From contig CAVNZM010000016.1 of assembly GCA_963693365.1 (NCBI GenBank), positions 1,054,005 through 1,118,004 on the forward strand: a stretch of DNA of 64,000 nt. Reading direction: 5' to 3'. Shown piece after piece: positions 59,710 to 64,000 of the stretch. A program made the position numbers and the translations under genes. The notes below the pieces were generated by a model. The model saw only the letters and a program-made list of their open reading frames with translations, was not told where the DNA came from and did no database searches. Within the stretch, counting starts at the first letter, position 1; each line of letters starts with the position of its first letter. Source of the stretch: Amoebidium appalachense (lineage: Eukaryota > Protista > Ichthyosporea).

Positions 59710-60078
59710 GGCTGGGGCGCGCGTGTGTTTGTTTGGCCTGTGTGTGCATGTGTGACTGTGCATGTGCGTGGGTGTATGACACAAGCAGCACAGCTGCAAA
59801 TACGACTTTATTGTGTTCGTGAAAATTCTCGACAATTATTGCCCTTCACCTTCAACATATTAGAATCCCTCACGCACTTTGCCGTGTTTGTGCAAGTGTA
59901 TAGTATACAAATATGTGGCCATCTTTACTACGTTGCTTGCGTGCAGTCATACATACATGTTTTGTTGTCTTCATCTATATGTATTAAAAATATAGTAGTT
60001 TCACCTTCGTATTCAGAGTAATCAAGAAAGAGAGTCCTTCATACTTTAAATCTGTCCCTTTGGAGGCGTCCATAGGTC

Positions 60079-60122
60079 TCACCTCCGTCCCTTGCTCTTC
60101 TTCCCGCCACCCCCGCCACGGC

Positions 60123-60160
<38 letters not shown>

Positions 60161-60237
60161 TGCGCGCATGCGGAGCACGTGTTTAGGAAAAGAGGGAGAA
60201 GATGAAGTAGACACGTCAGTCAGTCTACAGGCTACCG

Positions 60238-60269
<32 letters not shown>

Positions 60270-61008
60270 ACACACACACACAAAAACAAACGAAACAAAC
60301 AAAACCAAAAAAAAAAAAAAAAAAAAAAAAAACACAAACACCCACACCCACCACAGACATGGACTCACGCCCAGCCATTTTTTTAACCACACGAACGAAC
60401 CTCTCGAGCTTCTATTGCACAATACCCGCTTACCTATTTCCACAGATCCAATGCACCAAGGTGAATACCATACACAAACACACACAGGCTTCCCTACCCA
60501 CCTACCATCACACCTTACACGGCATACCCCCCCCCTCCCCCCCCCCCCCCCCCCTTCACACATACACAAACACAAACAAACACACCCCCACACACAAATA
60601 TCTGCTCACCCACCAACTCCCCCTACCCCCCCAAAACACACGCACACACACACGCACACACGCACCTCTTGTTCATGGCCTTCTTCCTGCGCACCTCCTT
60701 CACGTGCTGCTCCTTCCTCTCCTTGATCTTCCTTTGTTTCAGCAGCTGGTCCTTGTTCTTCAGCTCACTGCGCACACGACCACCCTTGCTTGCTGCAAAC
60801 GTAGGCGGAAAAAAAGAGAAAAAAGGAAAAAGGGAGGCAAAAAGAGAGGGGGGGGGGGGAAGGGTCGTTAGAAGAATGGGAGAGAAACTCAAAGTTCCCA
60901 CCTAGAAACTCAAAATGAGACACTGGCATGCTGCAAGTGTGTGGCGGAAAATGGTGGGGAAGGAGTGAGGGAGGGAGGAAGGGAGGGAGAGAGCAAGAGA
61001 GAGACAGA

Positions 61009-61088
<80 letters not shown>

Positions 61089-61347
61089 TGTGGAACACCG
61101 TACGAAGAACAACTACACAATGAGAACACTGTGCAGAATACATGCAAAGGGATACATCGAAGTATGCAACATGAGCAACACGCTTAGTGTGCGAATAGAG
61201 CAAAGCCCATCCTCAGAGAGAGAGAGAGGGGGGGGGGGGAGGGATGTATGCATTAGAAGATTGAAATCAAACTCTATAGAGGGGAGAAGTCATAAGGAAA
61301 AAAACACAGAATAACATCGCCAGAGCTCCCCCCCCCCCCCCCCTTTT

Positions 61348-61386
<39 letters not shown>

Positions 61387-62410
61387 GGGGGGGGGGGGGG
61401 GGGGGAGGGGAGGAGAGGGGGGTAGGCACGTACCCTTCTCCTTCTGAGGGCCACGTGCATAGTCGGACCTCCCTCTGGCCCTGCCCTTCTCTAGCTGCGG
61501 AATGTTCTCGTCTCCACGGCCCACGTGGTGCTTCTCCTTCCACTGCTTGTAGCTGATACCCGCCCAATCACGTGTTAGTTGCAATCTATGATTTCAACCA
61601 ATCACTTCTCTTTCATATTCTTCAGCTTTCGATCCCCCATATCCCCCATATCCCCCCCCCCCCCCCCCCGGTGAGTGCATGCGCGCATGTGTTTGTGTGT
61701 GTGTGTGTTTGTGTGTTTGTGTATGCCTGTACGGATATGGGTGAAGGTACGGATGTTACTAGGTTTAATTCTTACCCAGAAAAAACGACACACACTTGTT
61801 TATAATCCTATTTTATTTCATTTTTATAGGGCAGAGAGAGGGGGGGGGGGGGGGGGGGGGCAGGGGGAGAGTTGTCAAACATACATATCCGTCTTGTATG
61901 AGGCCAGGATCTTACGGCCAGACTCTGTGGTGATCTTTTTGTTCTTGCCGTCCGAGTCCTCCCTCACATACTTCTTCTTGCGTCGGTCCCACTTCATCTG
62001 GAATTGCCCCACGTACATTTCAGAAGCAAACATGCGTTTTGTAAACAAAATGAAAAAACACCAACTTTGAACATAAAAAAAGAGACATACACGTTCATCC
62101 ACCCCCCCACCTCCCCCCCACACACGCACCTTCTGCTGCTTTGTCTTCATCTCGCCCGCATCCTCCCCCACCATATCCATCACTCCCCTCCCCCCCGTCC
62201 AAAAATTGCAGGAAAATAAAAAGACCCCCCTCCCCCCCACACACACACACACACACACGCGCGCGCGCAGACACACACACACACCTTCTGCTGCTTTGTC
62301 TTCATCTCATCCGCATCCTCTCCCACCATATCTCCCCTCCCCCCGCCCAAAAATTGTAGGAAAATAACCCCCCTCCCCCATCACAACCCAAAATAGTAGG
62401 AAAATAACAC

Positions 62411-62495
<85 letters not shown>

Positions 62496-63082
62496 CACCT
62501 TCTGCTGCTTTGTCTTCATCTCATCCGCATCCTCTCCCACCATATCCATCACCTCCCCCCTTGCCGCCGCAGCAAACGAGTCACCCAAAGCAAGCGCAGA
62601 CTCGGAGTGGAAGTCTGACGGCCGGTGGGGAATGTAGTGCTCCCGATCTTGGTGGCCCTTGCCTGCATGTAATTGGTTAGCATTTTGACGTTAGACACTA
62701 TTGGAAAGTGGCCGTGGGGTATGTGTTTAGTGGTGGTTTTGGCAATGCCGGAAATGCTAGAGTGCCTTTCACTGGGCAAGCCGTGTTGTTCCATCTCTCT
62801 CTCCTTCTCCCCCTTCTCCGCTCTGATTCTCTTTCTCCCCCCCCCCCCCCCCCCCCCCTCTCCCCCCTATTCCTTGATTTTTTTTTGCCTCCCTAGGAAG
62901 GGGGTAGATGGGGAGGGGGAGGAAGTTTAGAATGCGGAATTCGGTAAGAAGTGCAACAAGGCGAGATACAAGCAGCAGGGCACATGGAAAGACAAAAATT
63001 CAATTATGCAACATCAGTTTTTCAATCTTTTTTTTTTCCTTTTTTTTCCTTTTTTTTGGGGGGGGGGGGGGGGGGGGGGGAG

Positions 63083-63148
<66 letters not shown>

Positions 63149-64000
63149 GGGGTATATAAAACGAACACGCACCATCATCCTCCATATCCTCGTGTGTTCT
63201 CTTTCTCCTTGCCGGGTCAATGATGTTGACCCCAAATGCAGCCTCAATGTCATGCTCAGTGCTCGTCTCCATGGCAACAGTAGGAAGATTGGTCGGTTGA
63301 GATGCCCTGCTGGCTTGCCTGTGGTCCAATAGAAATGGTTGGTTAAAAAAAATAATAAATAAAAGAGCAAGGCTGACGATGAAAGAATTTTTTTGGATAA
63401 AAGTAGACGGGATATCAGGGCTGGCTTGGCTGCAGACAAATAAATCCGATCACTTTAGATGACCAAAATGAATTGAATTGCATGGGGACCAATAAAATAC
63501 GAGCAGCCAAAAACTGGCAAGGATAGGTGTCTTTTCAGCACGTGCCTCTAGAATTCGATATGGACAGGTAAAAGGTTTGCAGTGTCCACTACTTTGAGGC
63601 TCGAGAAGGAATCACCGAGAAACTACCCCCCCCCAAAAAAAAAATTGGGGCGAGGGAACGTGATTAAATGCTTTGTAGGGAGTAAAATACACAGCGATGC
63701 ACACATCCAAGAGTGTGCATTACAAAAAAACAAGCAGAAATCATCCTTGAGTGAGGGGGAGAGAGGGGGGGGTTGAATGCGTCAAAAAGTACGAAGTACA
63801 CAAGAACAAACGGATAACACGATGCCGAATGCAAGCCATACATAAAGAGTATGCATAATAAGCAGAGCCCATCCTCAGGGGGGCCCCACGTCATCCACAG
63901 TACCCGAGTTTCGACCTATTCACCTCGTTAACGAAACCCAACTCAGATACTGTTTCACTTGAACATGGGTAGGTCACCCGTCTTGATCAGAGACGAGCAG
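60079..64000 (-). CDS. DDX54: ATP-dependent RNA helicase DDX54/Dbp10, C-terminal exons (DBP10CT); 5' part outside the window
   Basis: Exons ~64000-63978, ~63320-63172, ~62662-62499 (DREHYIPHRPSDFHSE..MDMVGED), ~61998-61886 (MKWDRRKKKYV..KITTESGRKILASYK), ~61552-61434 (YKQWKEK), ~60792-60666 (RSELKNKDQLLKQRK) and 60122-60079 join in phase. Confidence 0.9.
63772..63908 (+). repeat. Best-preserved copy of a dispersed ~120-140 bp intronic repeat family
   Basis: gttgaatgcgtcaaaa..gtacgaagtacac..ggataacacgatgc..aagagtatgcataataagcagagcccatcctcagggggg; related copies at ~32101, 34513, 35085, 38609/39470, 45380, 48140 and 61100. Confidence 0.7.

Overview
Eukaryotic genomic DNA with spliceosomal introns packed with poly-G/poly-C, (GT)n/(AC)n and (GA)n/(CT)n tracts, so most short ORFs in the track are artefacts. 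The gene set suggests a unicellular opisthokont such as an ichthyosporean or early-diverging fungus (inference). In order: (1) a spliced, minus-strand DUF6729-type DDE transposase-like gene with a WRN-like 3'-5' exonuclease inserted in its catalytic core, running off the left edge; (2) a fungal-type single C2H2 zinc-finger gene; (3) a 5'-truncated LINE fragment between two inverted ~130-bp MITE-like copies; (4) a triple AP2-domain plus AT-hook gene; (5) a near full-length LINE (ORF1, APE-RT) ending in an unusual 94-bp unit that faces an inverted tandem array of the same unit; (6) LMBRD1 (13 coding exons); (7) MEAK7/TLDC1; (8) an intronless bacterial-like TauD; (9) the 3' part of DDX54/DBP10. 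The most unusual signals are intronic 'shadow' copies of exon 3' ends in three unrelated genes that differ mainly at third codon positions, the exonuclease-bearing transposase, a dispersed ~120-bp repeat found only in introns and in one orientation, and (AC)n tracts replacing polypyrimidine tracts at many acceptors. Gene models were built by hand from splice signals and frame continuity; no database search was run.
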